Source: Candidatus Cloacimonadales bacterium (GTDB lineage Bacteria; Cloacimonadota; Cloacimonadia; Cloacimonadales; JAFGVF01). Taken from it: a stretch of DNA of 64,000 bases. The stretch covers positions 1,312,001-1,376,000 of the forward strand of contig OY759729.1 of NCBI GenBank assembly GCA_963662585.1, read 5' to 3'. Below the pieces are notes generated by a model. That model saw nothing but the letters and a program-made list of their open reading frames with translations, was not told the origin of the DNA and made no database searches. The position numbers were made by a program, and so were the translations under genes. Shown in pieces: positions 49,504 through 60,227 of this stretch. Position 1 is the first letter of the stretch. Each line of letters starts with the position of its first letter.

Positions 49504-50052
49504 CTAATCCTCAGGAACCCTATTTTTTCTTTGTCTATTAACTCTTAGTTTTCTTTCACTCCAGCCAGGTCTCATTTCTTCATTGCCTTCAGGAGGTCGC
49601 ATTTCATTCATACCATCAGAATGTCTCATTCTTTTTTCCATCATTTGAATATGGTTATCAAAAAACTCTTTAGCTTGTTCAGGAGTTAGAGTTTTCCTCA
49701 TTTCAATCATTTCCTTATAGAAATTCAAGCTAATCTCCTGAATAGTCTTATTGATTTGATCGTTTAACTTAGCTAAAGAATCGTAGTTAGGTTCGGCTTT
49801 AATTAGTTCTTCCATAAACTGGATTCTTAAATCTCTATTTTTTTCATTTAAATTTCTGATATTTTTCCTATACTTAAGATGGATATCAGGTCTATGTTCT
49901 TTTAATCCTTGGAAACTTTCTCTAGTTTCTGGTAAAGCTTCTTCTCTCTCAAATCTCTCATGAATAACAAAATGATAAATACAAGATCCTACAACAGCAA
50001 TATTAAAAGCTAAGGATATGAAGAGCAAAGCAAAGAGTAATTTTCTGTTCAT
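49504..50052 (-). CDS. Periplasmic heavy-metal-sensor / Spy-CpxP-like protein
   Basis: ISLAFNIAVVG TM, helical body, LTPEQ motif; third gene of the ECF operon. Confidence 0.7.
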   Translation of the reverse strand: MNRKLLFALLFISLAFNIAVVGSCIYHFVIHERFEREEALPETRESFQGLKEHRPDIHLKYRKNIRNLNEKNRDLRIQFMEELIKAEPNYDSLAKLNDQINKTIQEISLNFYKEMIEMRKTLTPEQAKEFFDNHIQMMEKRMRHSDGMNEMRPPEGNEEMRPGWSERKLRVNRQRKNRVPED

Positions 50053-50061
50053 TTCGTCCTC

Positions 50062-50469
50062 TTAATTATCGTAATAGTAGTTTATTACATCTTCAATTTC
50101 TAAAGTTGAGTATAAATCTGTGCTATATGTATTTTGGTTAGCTAAATTATCATCTTGAGTCGTGAAAACAGAAGTAGTAAAGAATATTCCTAAAGCGAAA
50201 CTCATTAAACTACCCACTAGGGCAGGAGCGTATCTAATAAAGAATGGTCTTGGCTTAGTCTGATATTTAACAGAATTAAGAACTCTTCTAGTTATGTCCT
50301 CAGGAACAAGGTTATTTTCGACTTTCTGAAGTAATTTTTCTACTTCTTCAAATCTATTAAATAAAGAAGCAAATTCTTGATCCTTAGCCAATCTCTCTTC
50401 TACTTCTTTTCTCTCTTGAGGATTTGCTTCTCCGTCAAGGTAGCGATTAATCAATCTTTCAACTTTCAT
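50062..50469 (-). CDS. Membrane anti-sigma factor
   Basis: Likely start MKVERLINRYLDGE (SD GGAGG); single TM; follows the ECF sigma gene. Confidence 0.75.
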   Translation of the reverse strand: MKVERLINRYLDGEANPQERKEVEERLAKDQEFASLFNRFEEVEKLLQKVENNLVPEDITRRVLNSVKYQTKPRPFFIRYAPALVGSLMSFALGIFFTTSVFTTQDDNLANQNTYSTDLYSTLEIEDVINYYYDN

Positions 50470-50494
50470 ACTTCCTCCTAAGTTAAGAAGTAAT

Positions 50495-51004
50495 TTATAA
50501 AATGATTCCCAGATCATCTTTAACTCTTTTTTCTATTATCTTTCTAAGTTTTTTTTTGGCTCTTACTAACTGACTTTCAATTGCTTTGATAGAATATCCA
50601 GTCTCTTCTGAAATCTCTTTATAGCTCTTCTTTTGATAGATTTTTAGTTCAATTAAAAGAGACATCTTAGCTGGTAATTCAGCCATAGCATATTTAATTA
50701 TGTCTTTGTATATATCTTCTTTTTCTTCACTACCTAAATCAGCTATATTACTGAAATCAAGATTGGGGAAGCTGATCTCTCTTTTTCTTTTCTTTAAATA
50801 ATCCAAAGAATTATTATGACAAGCCCGATAGAGATAGGGAGACACTTTATCAGTATCAACTCCTTCCATTTTGTCATAAAAAGCTATGAAAACACTTTGT
50901 AAAACATCTTCAGCATCTTCCCTTTGTCCTACAAATTTCAGAATATAGTTATATAATTTTGGAGTGAAGTCTTTTACTACTCTTTCGAAATTATCTCTTT
51001 TCAT
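50495..51004 (-). CDS. ECF RNA polymerase sigma factor
   Basis: DAEDVLQSVF, YLYRACHNNSLDYLKK, SYKEISEETG...IESQLVRAKKKL. Confidence 0.92.
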   Translation of the reverse strand: MKRDNFERVVKDFTPKLYNYILKFVGQREDAEDVLQSVFIAFYDKMEGVDTDKVSPYLYRACHNNSLDYLKKRKREISFPNLDFSNIADLGSEEKEDIYKDIIKYAMAELPAKMSLLIELKIYQKKSYKEISEETGYSIKAIESQLVRAKKKLRKIIEKRVKDDLGIIL

Positions 51005-51104
51005 CCACTCTCCTATCTCTTAAGACTATTTCAACAATGTTTTCCTGCAAAAAAAATAAATTTACTTTCATTTAAAGTTATCTAAGCACTCTGATTAAAT
51101 AAAT

Positions 51105-51129
51105 ATAGGGCGTACTTTATACGCCCTAT
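51105..51129. terminator. Hairpin between the response regulator and ECF sigma genes (terminator or REP-like)
   Basis: ATAGGGCGTA-CTTTA-TACGCCCTAT perfect 10-bp stem. Confidence 0.5.
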
Positions 51130-51231
51130 TCTTAAAACTCTATGAATAGCCTCTTAAATTAAGAGTAAATTTGTAATAATGACCTCTTAATTAGTGTGTT
51201 AGAATTCAACACAGATTTCTAGATCCTTAAT

Positions 51232-51849
51232 CTATTCGTCTTCCTTTTCCAATTCAGGTTTAACTATTTTTTCATAACAACTAGGGCAGATACTATGACT
51301 AAACTGAGTATCTGAGTGGTCACTGATATATAGTTCTAAATCCTGCCAGACCTTATTATCTACTCTGACTTTTTTGCAATAGGAACAGATGGAAATCATT
51401 TTCTCTAAGTTTCTAATTCTATCTAAGCTTTCTTCTAATTGCTGTCTTTGGTATTCCATTTTCAGAGCAGATTTTACTCTAAGCATTAACTCAATATGAT
51501 TAAAAGGCTTGCTAATATAGTCCATAGCTCCCAAATTAAAACTCTTCTTTAAGGGTTTCATTTCATCAGCAAGGGGAAGAGCTGTAATTACGATAACAGG
51601 AATATGTTTCCAAGCATTTCTTTGCTTAAGAATCTCTAAAATATCATAACCACTTAACTCAGGCATCATAATGTCTAACAAAAGGATATCAGGTTTATTC
51701 TTTTCCATACCGGCAAGTAATTCATTACCATTATTGAGTAGGGTCAAATTATAGAATCCGTTTTGGTTCAAAATAGCCTTTATTAATCTAAGGTTAATCG
51801 GGTCATCATCAACGACATAGATCAACATATTTTCTAACTGTTTATCCAT
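51232..51849 (-). CDS. Response regulator receiver with C-terminal Cys-rich domain
   Basis: VVDDD, LLDIMMP, DYISKP; C-terminus ICSYCKK...FSHSICPSC. Confidence 0.85.
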   Translation of the reverse strand: MDKQLENMLIYVVDDDPINLRLIKAILNQNGFYNLTLLNNGNELLAGMEKNKPDILLLDIMMPELSGYDILEILKQRNAWKHIPVIVITALPLADEMKPLKKSFNLGAMDYISKPFNHIELMLRVKSALKMEYQRQQLEESLDRIRNLEKMISICSYCKKVRVDNKVWQDLELYISDHSDTQFSHSICPSCYEKIVKPELEKEDE

Positions 51850-51857
51850 AAAATCCT

Positions 51858-53618
51858 CTAACTTTTTTGAATGTTACTATGTTCAAACATCTCTTCTAAG
51901 GTTTGGTACTTATCAAAGAGGGATTTAGCTTCTTGAAGCTGGTTATCCATTTGGATTCTAACCTTATATCCTTCCTGACTGCCAAATTTTTTCTCTATTA
52001 TTTCTCCTGTCAATGTAAGTTTTATATAATCTTCAGATTGTTTAAGATCTTCAGGAGAAGGATTAGTTAAATCAATTGGATTTGTAAATGTTGTTTTAGC
52101 TTTTGAATCATCTTCAGACTCTTCTGCTTTAGCATCTTTTTCAGTTTTTATCACATACTTTATAAAGTCGTTAAATACTTTGTCATTTACTTGGAAATCT
52201 AAATCAACATCATCGGAGTTCTTTAACATATATTTAACTGCATAGTCGAAGAAAAGATTTTTTCTGCGTAATTCTAATTCAAATCTTGATAAAGTGTCTG
52301 CTTCAACAACAATATCTGGAGTCACACCACCACCACCATAAACAGTTCTTCCTGAAGCTGTTTTATAGATATGTTCATGATTGAATTTATCGATATCTTC
52401 TTTTTCTTCTTCAGTAACTTTCTTACCTGTTAATAACTTATCATTGATGATTTTATGAATACATCTTCCTGAATTGATATAGTAGTGAGAAGTTGTAATT
52501 TTAATTCCGCTACCATCTCTTAATGGGAATAGTTGTTGGACTGAACCTTTACCAAAAGAAGTTTTACCCATAACTAATCCTCTGTCATAATCTTGCAATG
52601 AACCAGCGAATATCTCGGAAGCACTTGCAGAAGCTTCATTAATTAAGACAACGATAGGATAGTTTGGACGCATAATATCTTTAGTAGTGAAGTAGTCTTC
52701 ATTAGCATATTCAATTCTGCCTTTAGTATAAACTACTCTTTTACCTTTTCCCACAAATTCATTAACTGTATTGATAGCTTCTGAGAGAAGTCCACCAGGA
52801 TTAAATCTTAAATCAATAATTAAGCCTTTAATACCTTCAGCTTCTAAAGCATCTAAAGATTCACTTAGTTCTGTCGATGTGTTAGCATTGAACTGAGACA
52901 TTCTTACATAACCAACACCATTATCAAGTTTGAAACTATAAGGAATACTATTAATTTTGATTATATCACGCTCGATAGTAAAATCTAAAGGTTGTTTAAC
53001 ACCAGGTCGAATTACAGTAATCACAACTTTTGAACCAACTTCTCCACGCATCTTCTTAATTGAATTTTCTGTACTAATGCCTGTGATGTCTTCACCATCT
53101 ACTTTCCAAATCATATCTCCAGCCATAATACCCATGCGGTAAGCAGGAGTTCCTTGAATAGGACTCACAACAGTTATATAATCACCTTTTTTATCAATTT
53201 GAATACCTAAACCACCAAATTCACCTTTTGTACTACTAGTGAAATTCTTAAATTCATCAGGTGAAAAATAACTAGTATGAGGATCTAATCCTTTTAACAT
53301 TCCATTGATAGCATCTTCCATTAATTTTCCATAATCAACTTCATCAACATAGATGGCATCTAATCTTTGAATAATCGTTACTATTTTTTCAATTAATTCT
53401 GTCATGGTAGGAGCTTTATCAGGTTCACTTGCTTCTCTTTTTTGAGAAAGTTGTTGAGCAATAAGATCTGTTTCTTCCATTGCAATAACATCATCTATAA
53501 ATTCATCGCTATTTTCACTAATAGCTTGATTGTAAGCAATAAGACTTGATATTACCCAGAGAATACCGAAGATTAATATAATTATCTTATTAGAATTATT
53601 CAGTTTCATTTTTACCAT
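51858..53618 (-). CDS. ctpA: S41 carboxy-terminal processing protease
   Basis: LDPHTSY, PDZ GGLGI, DLRFNPGGLL, SASASEI, FGKGSVQ, GVTPD; start may be ATG 53609. Confidence 0.93.
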   Translation of the reverse strand: MVKMKLNNSNKIIILIFGILWVISSLIAYNQAISENSDEFIDDVIAMEETDLIAQQLSQKREASEPDKAPTMTELIEKIVTIIQRLDAIYVDEVDYGKLMEDAINGMLKGLDPHTSYFSPDEFKNFTSSTKGEFGGLGIQIDKKGDYITVVSPIQGTPAYRMGIMAGDMIWKVDGEDITGISTENSIKKMRGEVGSKVVITVIRPGVKQPLDFTIERDIIKINSIPYSFKLDNGVGYVRMSQFNANTSTELSESLDALEAEGIKGLIIDLRFNPGGLLSEAINTVNEFVGKGKRVVYTKGRIEYANEDYFTTKDIMRPNYPIVVLINEASASASEIFAGSLQDYDRGLVMGKTSFGKGSVQQLFPLRDGSGIKITTSHYYINSGRCIHKIINDKLLTGKKVTEEEKEDIDKFNHEHIYKTASGRTVYGGGGVTPDIVVEADTLSRFELELRRKNLFFDYAVKYMLKNSDDVDLDFQVNDKVFNDFIKYVIKTEKDAKAEESEDDSKAKTTFTNPIDLTNPSPEDLKQSEDYIKLTLTGEIIEKKFGSQEGYKVRIQMDNQLQEAKSLFDKYQTLEEMFEHSNIQKS

Positions 53619-54234
53619 CCAATTTTTGTTTTATTTCATACTTGATTTTTTCTGTAATTATTTCAGGACTTTGAGTACCATCAATGACAATATATCTATT
53701 ATTATATTTTTTTGCAAGATTTAAAAATTCATTTCTAACTTTTTGATGAAATTCTTTTGATTCTTGCTCCATTCTATCTTTTCCTCGATGACATATTCTT
53801 TGTTCACTCTCTTCAACAGTAATATCTAAAAGGAATGTAATATCTGGTGAAGTAGAATAAGTTGCAAAATCTATTAACAAGTCTATAAACTCAGTATCTA
53901 AAGAACGGGCAGCACCTTGATAAGCAAGGGTGGAATCGTAATATCTATCACATATCACATGTTTCCCTTGATTTAAGGCTGGTATGATTTTTGTACCAGT
54001 ATGTTGACTTCTACTTGCCATATAAAGGAGAAGTTCAGTTTCAGGGTTCATTTCATAGTTTGCATTATCTAAGAGGATTTCTCTTATCTTTTCAGATATA
54101 AACGAGCCACCTGGTTCTCTGGTTACTAAAAAAGAAAAATTATTTTCTTCAAAGTAATCAGCAAGTGCTTTTGTCTGGGTACTTTTACCACAACCTTCTA
54201 TTCCTTCAAAGGTTATAAACAAGCCTTTTTTCAT
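53596..54234 (-). CDS. tmk: Thymidylate kinase
   Basis: FITFEGIEGCGKST, TREPGG, CDRYYDSTLAYQG. Confidence 0.96.
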   Translation of the reverse strand: MKKGLFITFEGIEGCGKSTQTKALADYFEENNFSFLVTREPGGSFISEKIREILLDNANYEMNPETELLLYMASRSQHTGTKIIPALNQGKHVICDRYYDSTLAYQGAARSLDTEFIDLLIDFATYSTSPDITFLLDITVEESEQRICHRGKDRMEQESKEFHQKVRNEFLNLAKKYNNRYIVIDGTQSPEIITEKIKYEIKQKLDGKNETE

Positions 54235-54357
54235 ATATTTTGTCCTATTTCTTTCTTTTAATTATAGAGTCTCTGTCCAATCCTAAATAATTTGAACAAT
54301 TGTCTAGGTATTATCTCCACCCTTTTCTCTATCTCATTCTCCATTTTAAATGATCAA

Positions 54358-55956
54358 TTAGATTATTGTATCTTTCTTAAATTTAATATCATCTCTTTCA
54401 GGATAATCAATTACGAAGTGAGCTCCACGACTTTCTTTACGCATCAGAGCTGAAACAACAATAGTTTGAGCAATAATAGCTATATTTCTAGTTTCGATTA
54501 CTTCTTTTCTAACAGAGTTATGTTGGTAGAAATTATTTATCTCTTTATAGATATTTTCTAATCTGGATAGAGCATATTTTAAAAGCCTTCTAGATCTTAT
54601 AATACCTACATATCCTTGCATAATGGTACCAATAATTTCTCGATTATTAGCAATAATTACCCATTCATTCTCATTAAATTCTCCTAAATCATGCCATTCA
54701 CTAAATTCAGGGAAATTTACATCATCCTTGATATCACGGCAGTTGGCAGCTCTATAAGCAATAACTAAACTTTCTAAGAGAGAATTTGATGCTAACCTGT
54801 TTGCACCGTGAAGTCCTGTACAAGCAACTTCTCCAGCAGCGTAGAGTCCTTTAATATCTGTTTGTCCATCAATAGAAGTTAATATTCCACCACAGAAATA
54901 GTGAGCAGCAGGAGCAATTGGAATTGCTTCTTTAGTAAAGTCTATTCCATATTTTAGGCATTTTTTGTTAATATAAGGGAAATGACTTTTGAGTTTTTCT
55001 GAATCTATTCCAGTGGCATCAAGAAGTAAATATTTATCTCCTGATAGTTTTAATTCTCTTTCTATAGCACGGGAAACAATATCTCTAGGAGCTAAGCAAC
55101 CCATGGGATGGTATTTCTTCATAAAGGTTTCGCCATTAGGAAGTTTTAGGACTGCTCCTTCTCCGCGTAAGGCTTCACTTACTAAGAAGGTTTTACCAGA
55201 AGGAGAATAAAAAGCGGTAGGATGAAATTGAATAAATTCCATATTTGCTAATCTTGCACCAGCTAATTTAGCCATGGCCATTCCGTCTCCAGTTGTTACA
55301 GAGGGGTTTGTATTATGTTTATATACTTGACCTGCGCCACCTGTTGCAAGCATGGTCTTTTTTGCTCTAAAAATCTCTATTTTATTAGTTTTGGTGTCCA
55401 TTACATAAGCACCCCAGCAGGTTATTTCAGCAATGAATTCATCTAATTGAGGTATATGATGTTGGGTAATTAAATCAACAGCTAAGTGGTGCTCATAGAG
55501 GTCAATACTGTCATTTTGAATACAGTTTTCGATTAGGGCTTCCATGATTAAATGTCCGGTAGAGTCTTTAGCATAAGCAACTCTTGGACGCGAATGACCA
55601 CCTTCCCGAGTAAGTGATAAATTTTCTAAACTACTTGAGTGGTAAATATCTTTAGAAGTGAATTTAGTTCCTATATCTATCAAATATTGGATTAATTTAG
55701 GACCATCCTCAACAATTGTTCTAATAATTTTCTTTTTACCTAGCTCTGCTCCAGCCTGGAAAGTATCATTAATGTGATCGTCAAAAGAATCTTGTTCATT
55801 TAAGACAGCTGCAATTCCACCTTGAGCATAGTCAGTATTGCAATCTCTAAGTTGTTTCTTAGTTATTACCGCGACTCTACCATATTTTGATGCTTCTAAA
55901 GCAAACACTAATCCGGCAATGCCACTACCAATAACTAAATAATCATAATCTTTCAT
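54358..55956 (-). CDS. nadB: L-aspartate oxidase
   Basis: GSGIAG, YAQGGIA, REGGHS, QFHPT, SEALRGEG, GLHGANRLASNSLLE, ESRGAH. Confidence 0.96.
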   Translation of the reverse strand: MKDYDYLVIGSGIAGLVFALEASKYGRVAVITKKQLRDCNTDYAQGGIAAVLNEQDSFDDHINDTFQAGAELGKKKIIRTIVEDGPKLIQYLIDIGTKFTSKDIYHSSSLENLSLTREGGHSRPRVAYAKDSTGHLIMEALIENCIQNDSIDLYEHHLAVDLITQHHIPQLDEFIAEITCWGAYVMDTKTNKIEIFRAKKTMLATGGAGQVYKHNTNPSVTTGDGMAMAKLAGARLANMEFIQFHPTAFYSPSGKTFLVSEALRGEGAVLKLPNGETFMKKYHPMGCLAPRDIVSRAIERELKLSGDKYLLLDATGIDSEKLKSHFPYINKKCLKYGIDFTKEAIPIAPAAHYFCGGILTSIDGQTDIKGLYAAGEVACTGLHGANRLASNSLLESLVIAYRAANCRDIKDDVNFPEFSEWHDLGEFNENEWVIIANNREIIGTIMQGYVGIIRSRRLLKYALSRLENIYKEINNFYQHNSVRKEVIETRNIAIIAQTIVVSALMRKESRGAHFVIDYPERDDIKFKKDTII

Positions 55957-56007
55957 TTATGCCTTCTTATATTTAACTATGGATAAAATAATCTATAGCT
56001 ACTTTTT

Positions 56008-56574
56008 TTACATCTTCAAAATTGATGTTAATAACTTATCCATCATTGTTTCGTGATCTACTAGGTCTAATTTCATCACGATACCATCTTCCTCAGGATT
56101 CTGATAATATTTTTTTCTAAGTCCTATTCTTTCAAAGTTGAACTTTTCGTAAAGCTTTATAGCAGGAAGATTAGAAATTCGTACCTCTAAATAGATGGTA
56201 AAGCATTCTAATTCAATAGATTTTTCTATTAGACTATGCATAAGATAAGAGGCAAATCCCAGCTTTTGGTATTTCTTTCTTACCCCAATATTCATAATTG
56301 AATACTCATCATAAATAGCCCAGCCTAGAAAGAAACCTACAATTTCTCCACAATATTCAAGCAGATAATTGTGCTTGCAATTAATATTTTCACCTTTAAT
56401 TTGTTTAAAAAATGCTCCGACTTGCTCCAGTTCTTCATAGAATATATCTGGAGACCACGGATCTGAAAATAACTCTTGCTCTATCTCTACTATAGTAGCT
56501 ATATCAGCCTTAGTTATCTCTCTTAAACATAGATCCTCTTCTCTTATATCCATAGTTAATTTCCCAATTATCAA
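56008..56574 (-). CDS. rimI: Ribosomal-protein-alanine N-acetyltransferase
   Basis: FSDPWS, IMNIGV, LEVRISNLPAIKLYEKFNF, RKKYY; start may be ATG 56553. Confidence 0.88.
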   Translation of the reverse strand: MIIGKLTMDIREEDLCLREITKADIATIVEIEQELFSDPWSPDIFYEELEQVGAFFKQIKGENINCKHNYLLEYCGEIVGFFLGWAIYDEYSIMNIGVRKKYQKLGFASYLMHSLIEKSIELECFTIYLEVRISNLPAIKLYEKFNFERIGLRKKYYQNPEEDGIVMKLDLVDHETMMDKLLTSILKM

Positions 56575-56803
56575 TTTTAAATCAAATAATATAATTTTTC
56601 TATTCTGTCAATGGGAATAATTTTTTTGCAGTTAAAAGAATATTGGAAATGAAGAGGGGGTGATGATGAATATAACTAACTCATAACTTAATAATTCTCT
56701 CCTTATTCTTCTCACTCATTTCAATCAAACTATGATTAATTTTCAAAATGAGTGAGAAAGAGTAAGGGAGGACTAATGATAGACTATTAAAAATCCTGTA
56801 ATA

Positions 56804-58051
56804 TTATCTTAAAATAACAAACTTTCCACTAACACTTCTATGATTATTAATGATTTTATAGAAGTAAATACCATTAGCAAATTTGTGGTTATTATTTGCT
56901 TGTCCATTCCATCTAAATTCTTGATTGTTAGAAGTGAAGCGTTCAACTAATTGTCCTTTTAGATTATAAATCATCACCTGGTTTTCCCCTCTTGTATTAC
57001 CTTCAATTGAGAAGTTAAGTCCTTTAGAAGTAGGATTTGGATAGGCATTAACAGTGAAAGGAGCAAGTGGAGTATTATTATCGGAATTAGCAACAATTTG
57101 AGTGCTGAATATTACATCAGAAGGGGCAAGAGCAACTTCAAAGCTTTGACCATTTTCTAAGTTATTATCAGTAATCCAAAGAGTTCCGTTGGATCCCCAA
57201 GAAGCATTGACGAAGGCTAACTGATTACCATTACTTGCAATAGTTGAACCACCAGGAGTAAGAGGATTAGTGCTATCATGAACTACGGTCTCAGTTTCTG
57301 TATCAATAACATAAATACCAGCATTCATTGCGTCAGTAATATAACCACGATTATTTACGAAAGCAGCTTTCCCTATATTTCCACCCACATTAAGAGTATT
57401 TGTAATTGTATCTGTTTCAGGGTCGATAACATTAATTTCTCCCATAACATCACTCCAGTTTCCTGTACACATGACGAAGAGTTTGCCATTATAATGATGA
57501 ATATATTGAGGATTGAGAGAAGTATCAATAGTTGTAAGAACTTCAAGATTATCTTCAGAAAGAACAGTTACTTTACTGCCCTCGTAATTATTAACATAGC
57601 CACCTGTGCAAGTAACGAAGATTTTGTCTTGATAGAATTCAATACCTTCAGGTGCTTCGCCGACTAGGGTTTGAGCAACAATCTCTTCTGTTGTTAAATC
57701 AATTTTGTAAAGTTTGTTAGTAAAAAATCCTGTAACAAAGAGATATTCGCCCTTAACTTTAGCATACCAAGGATTTGCAGAATCTTCTACATAAATATTA
57801 CTAATAGTGTTTCCTGTATTGAGGTCAATCTTTTGGATTGAATTATCTCCTGAATTAACAACGAAAGCATAATTATCTACAATATCAATTAAATTAGGTG
57901 TAGTACCTAACTCTACAAAAGTGTTATTTACTAATCCTGTCTCTGTGTCAATTTTGGATAGGGTTCCACTTACTGAGTTAACTACGAAAACTGCTTCTCC
58001 AAACAAAGCAATTGTTGCGACCATAAAAATTAAGAATAAAAGCTTCTTCAT
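56804..58051 (-). CDS. YncE/BtuG-like beta-propeller protein with C-terminal FlgD-Ig/CTD-like domain
   Basis: Signal peptide; repeated blades (FVVNS, VGEAPEGI); AYPNP...IYNLKGQ...ANGIYF tail; last gene of the B12-riboswitch operon. Confidence 0.8.
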   Translation of the reverse strand: MKKLLFLIFMVATIALFGEAVFVVNSVSGTLSKIDTETGLVNNTFVELGTTPNLIDIVDNYAFVVNSGDNSIQKIDLNTGNTISNIYVEDSANPWYAKVKGEYLFVTGFFTNKLYKIDLTTEEIVAQTLVGEAPEGIEFYQDKIFVTCTGGYVNNYEGSKVTVLSEDNLEVLTTIDTSLNPQYIHHYNGKLFVMCTGNWSDVMGEINVIDPETDTITNTLNVGGNIGKAAFVNNRGYITDAMNAGIYVIDTETETVVHDSTNPLTPGGSTIASNGNQLAFVNASWGSNGTLWITDNNLENGQSFEVALAPSDVIFSTQIVANSDNNTPLAPFTVNAYPNPTSKGLNFSIEGNTRGENQVMIYNLKGQLVERFTSNNQEFRWNGQANNNHKFANGIYFYKIINNHRSVSGKFVILR

Positions 58052-58070
58052 CTTATTTTCTCCTATATTA

Positions 58071-60227
58071 TTATATTTTATATTTTATTGCGTAACCTAG
58101 ACTCCAATTAAAAGGAGCTTGGGGATTATATATCACTATATCATAGTAGTTATTAAGCAGATTGTTTAAAGATAAGTTGAAGTTGTGTTCAAATTTACCC
58201 AAAGAGAATGACCTCGAGATACTTGCATTGAGTAATTCATAGTCAGCAAGAGGTTTTCTAAGATTATCTTGTGTCGTCCACTGCTCTCCAGTATGGGTAT
58301 ATTCTAGCTTTACTTTATTATTGTAAAAAGTATAGTCGGCCCCCATGTTAAAGATATATTCAGGGATATAAACTAATTCTTTACCGTAATAGCTTGAGGG
58401 AGATCCATCCTCTTTACGAGTCTTATTTTTGGTTTCAGAAAGCACCGTTTTTGAGAAGAGGGTAAGTTTAGGTAAAATCTCCCAATTGGCTTCAAATTCA
58501 TAATTAGCTATATTACTGCTTCCAATGTTGACTGGTTTCCAGATTCCACCCTGCATTTGTACTTCAATCCACTGTATTAAATTATCAATTTCATTATAAG
58601 AATGGTTAAGCTTGAAAGAGAAGTTAGAATACTCTAATTTTACTCCGACTTGGTAACCTTTAGATTCTTCAGGGAAAAGATCAGGATTGCCAACAGCATG
58701 AGAATCGCCCTTCCAGTAGAGACTGTAAAAAGAGGGAACTGTAAATCCTGTGCCATAACTAAACAAGAAGGTAGGTTTGATAAGATAATCATAACTCACA
58801 TCCCCACTCAAACGATAGGTATAAAAATTGTTAAATCTGTTGTGTTTATCATAGCGCAATGAGGCAATAATATTATAGTTCATGAGTTCGAAGTTGTTTT
58901 TATACTGACTCACGATATTTGAGGCATAAGAATATTGGTAAGTCTTGGCTATATCACTACTTACTAGAAGCTTATTATTAAAAGAATAAGATTCTTCTAA
59001 GCTACTGTTTATGAGACTGATTTGAAGTTTATCATAAGCCAGAATATTACTTAATTTAAGGCCTAACCTTCTATTATTAGAGCTGTTTTTAGCTCGATTC
59101 ATTGTTATTGTGGGGCTTAAATTAGAATATTCTGACTCTTTATCAATTAGATATAGCTCTAGAGAATTATTAACTTTAGCAAACTTCTTTTTAATTTTAA
59201 GATCATTGTAAAAATCATATCCTTCAATCTTTGCTCCATTATAGAGATTTAGGAAATTTGTAGGACCTGGCAATTGATTCTCGTAATGAGTTAAGTTACC
59301 ACTATAATAGATGTCAAACCATTTCAGTTTTGAGGATAGATTAAGCATAGCGTTGTTACTTTGCTTAGAATTATTATCTCTAACTTGAGTTTTCCAATCA
59401 TTCCCTTTTTTAATTTTATATTTAAAATCATTATCTGAGTATTGATTAGAGAAAACAGCATAAAAGCTGGTATTGCCAAGATTAAAACCAGTCGAGAGAG
59501 TAACTTTTCTGAAATTATAACTACCGTAATTAGCACTCAGAGAAAAATCTCTATTACTACTACTACTCTTCTTAGTCTTAATGTTTATAACACCAGCGAT
59601 TCCACCTCCACCGGCTAAAGAACTGACATTATTCTTATAAATCTCTACTTCATCCACCAACTCAACAGGGATTGAGGCTAAATCAAAATCTTCTCCATTG
59701 TTATTCAAAGGAACTCCATCTAACATAACTAGAGTATGCCTGCTACTGTGTCCTAAGATAGACGCTGTCTGCCTTTCTCCTGGTAGTTTAGTCCCTTGTA
59801 TTTTTATACTATTATCATTGGTTAAGACTTCAGCTAGATTAGTATTTTCACTTGCTTTATCTTTTAGAGAAATAGTTATTTTCTCCTCAGAACTGGGGAG
59901 CTGGTTATTACTCCTTTTGGCTGTGAAAGTTATAGCACTCAATTCCATACTTAATGGCTTCATAGTAAAATACTTGGTTGAAGTGAAATCCCTACGATTA
60001 ACTTTTATTATCTCATGAAAAGCATAATAGATAATTAAAGAATCTGCTTGAGATTCAGAGTTGAGTAAAAAATAACCATTCTCCTGAGAAAAAACAGAAT
60101 TCTCTCCATGAATTATTAATACTTCTTCTAGGGGATTATCTTTTTCATCAAGGACAAATCCACGGAAGGTCTCTGCTATTAATAAGACTGGAATTAGAAT
60201 AATTAGGAAGGAAAGTATTTTCTTCAT
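58071..60227 (-). CDS. TonB-dependent receptor, probable cobalamin transporter (BtuB-like)
   Basis: Plug HTLVMLDGVPLN...GGIAGVINIKTK; barrel PSFYSLYW...GNPDLFPE, NNLLN; downstream of the cobalamin riboswitch. Confidence 0.85.
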   Translation of the reverse strand: MKKILSFLIILIPVLLIAETFRGFVLDEKDNPLEEVLIIHGENSVFSQENGYFLLNSESQADSLIIYYAFHEIIKVNRRDFTSTKYFTMKPLSMELSAITFTAKRSNNQLPSSEEKITISLKDKASENTNLAEVLTNDNSIKIQGTKLPGERQTASILGHSSRHTLVMLDGVPLNNNGEDFDLASIPVELVDEVEIYKNNVSSLAGGGGIAGVINIKTKKSSSSNRDFSLSANYGSYNFRKVTLSTGFNLGNTSFYAVFSNQYSDNDFKYKIKKGNDWKTQVRDNNSKQSNNAMLNLSSKLKWFDIYYSGNLTHYENQLPGPTNFLNLYNGAKIEGYDFYNDLKIKKKFAKVNNSLELYLIDKESEYSNLSPTITMNRAKNSSNNRRLGLKLSNILAYDKLQISLINSSLEESYSFNNKLLVSSDIAKTYQYSYASNIVSQYKNNFELMNYNIIASLRYDKHNRFNNFYTYRLSGDVSYDYLIKPTFLFSYGTGFTVPSFYSLYWKGDSHAVGNPDLFPEESKGYQVGVKLEYSNFSFKLNHSYNEIDNLIQWIEVQMQGGIWKPVNIGSSNIANYEFEANWEILPKLTLFSKTVLSETKNKTRKEDGSPSSYYGKELVYIPEYIFNMGADYTFYNNKVKLEYTHTGEQWTTQDNLRKPLADYELLNASISRSFSLGKFEHNFNLSLNNLLNNYYDIVIYNPQAPFNWSLGYAIKYKI

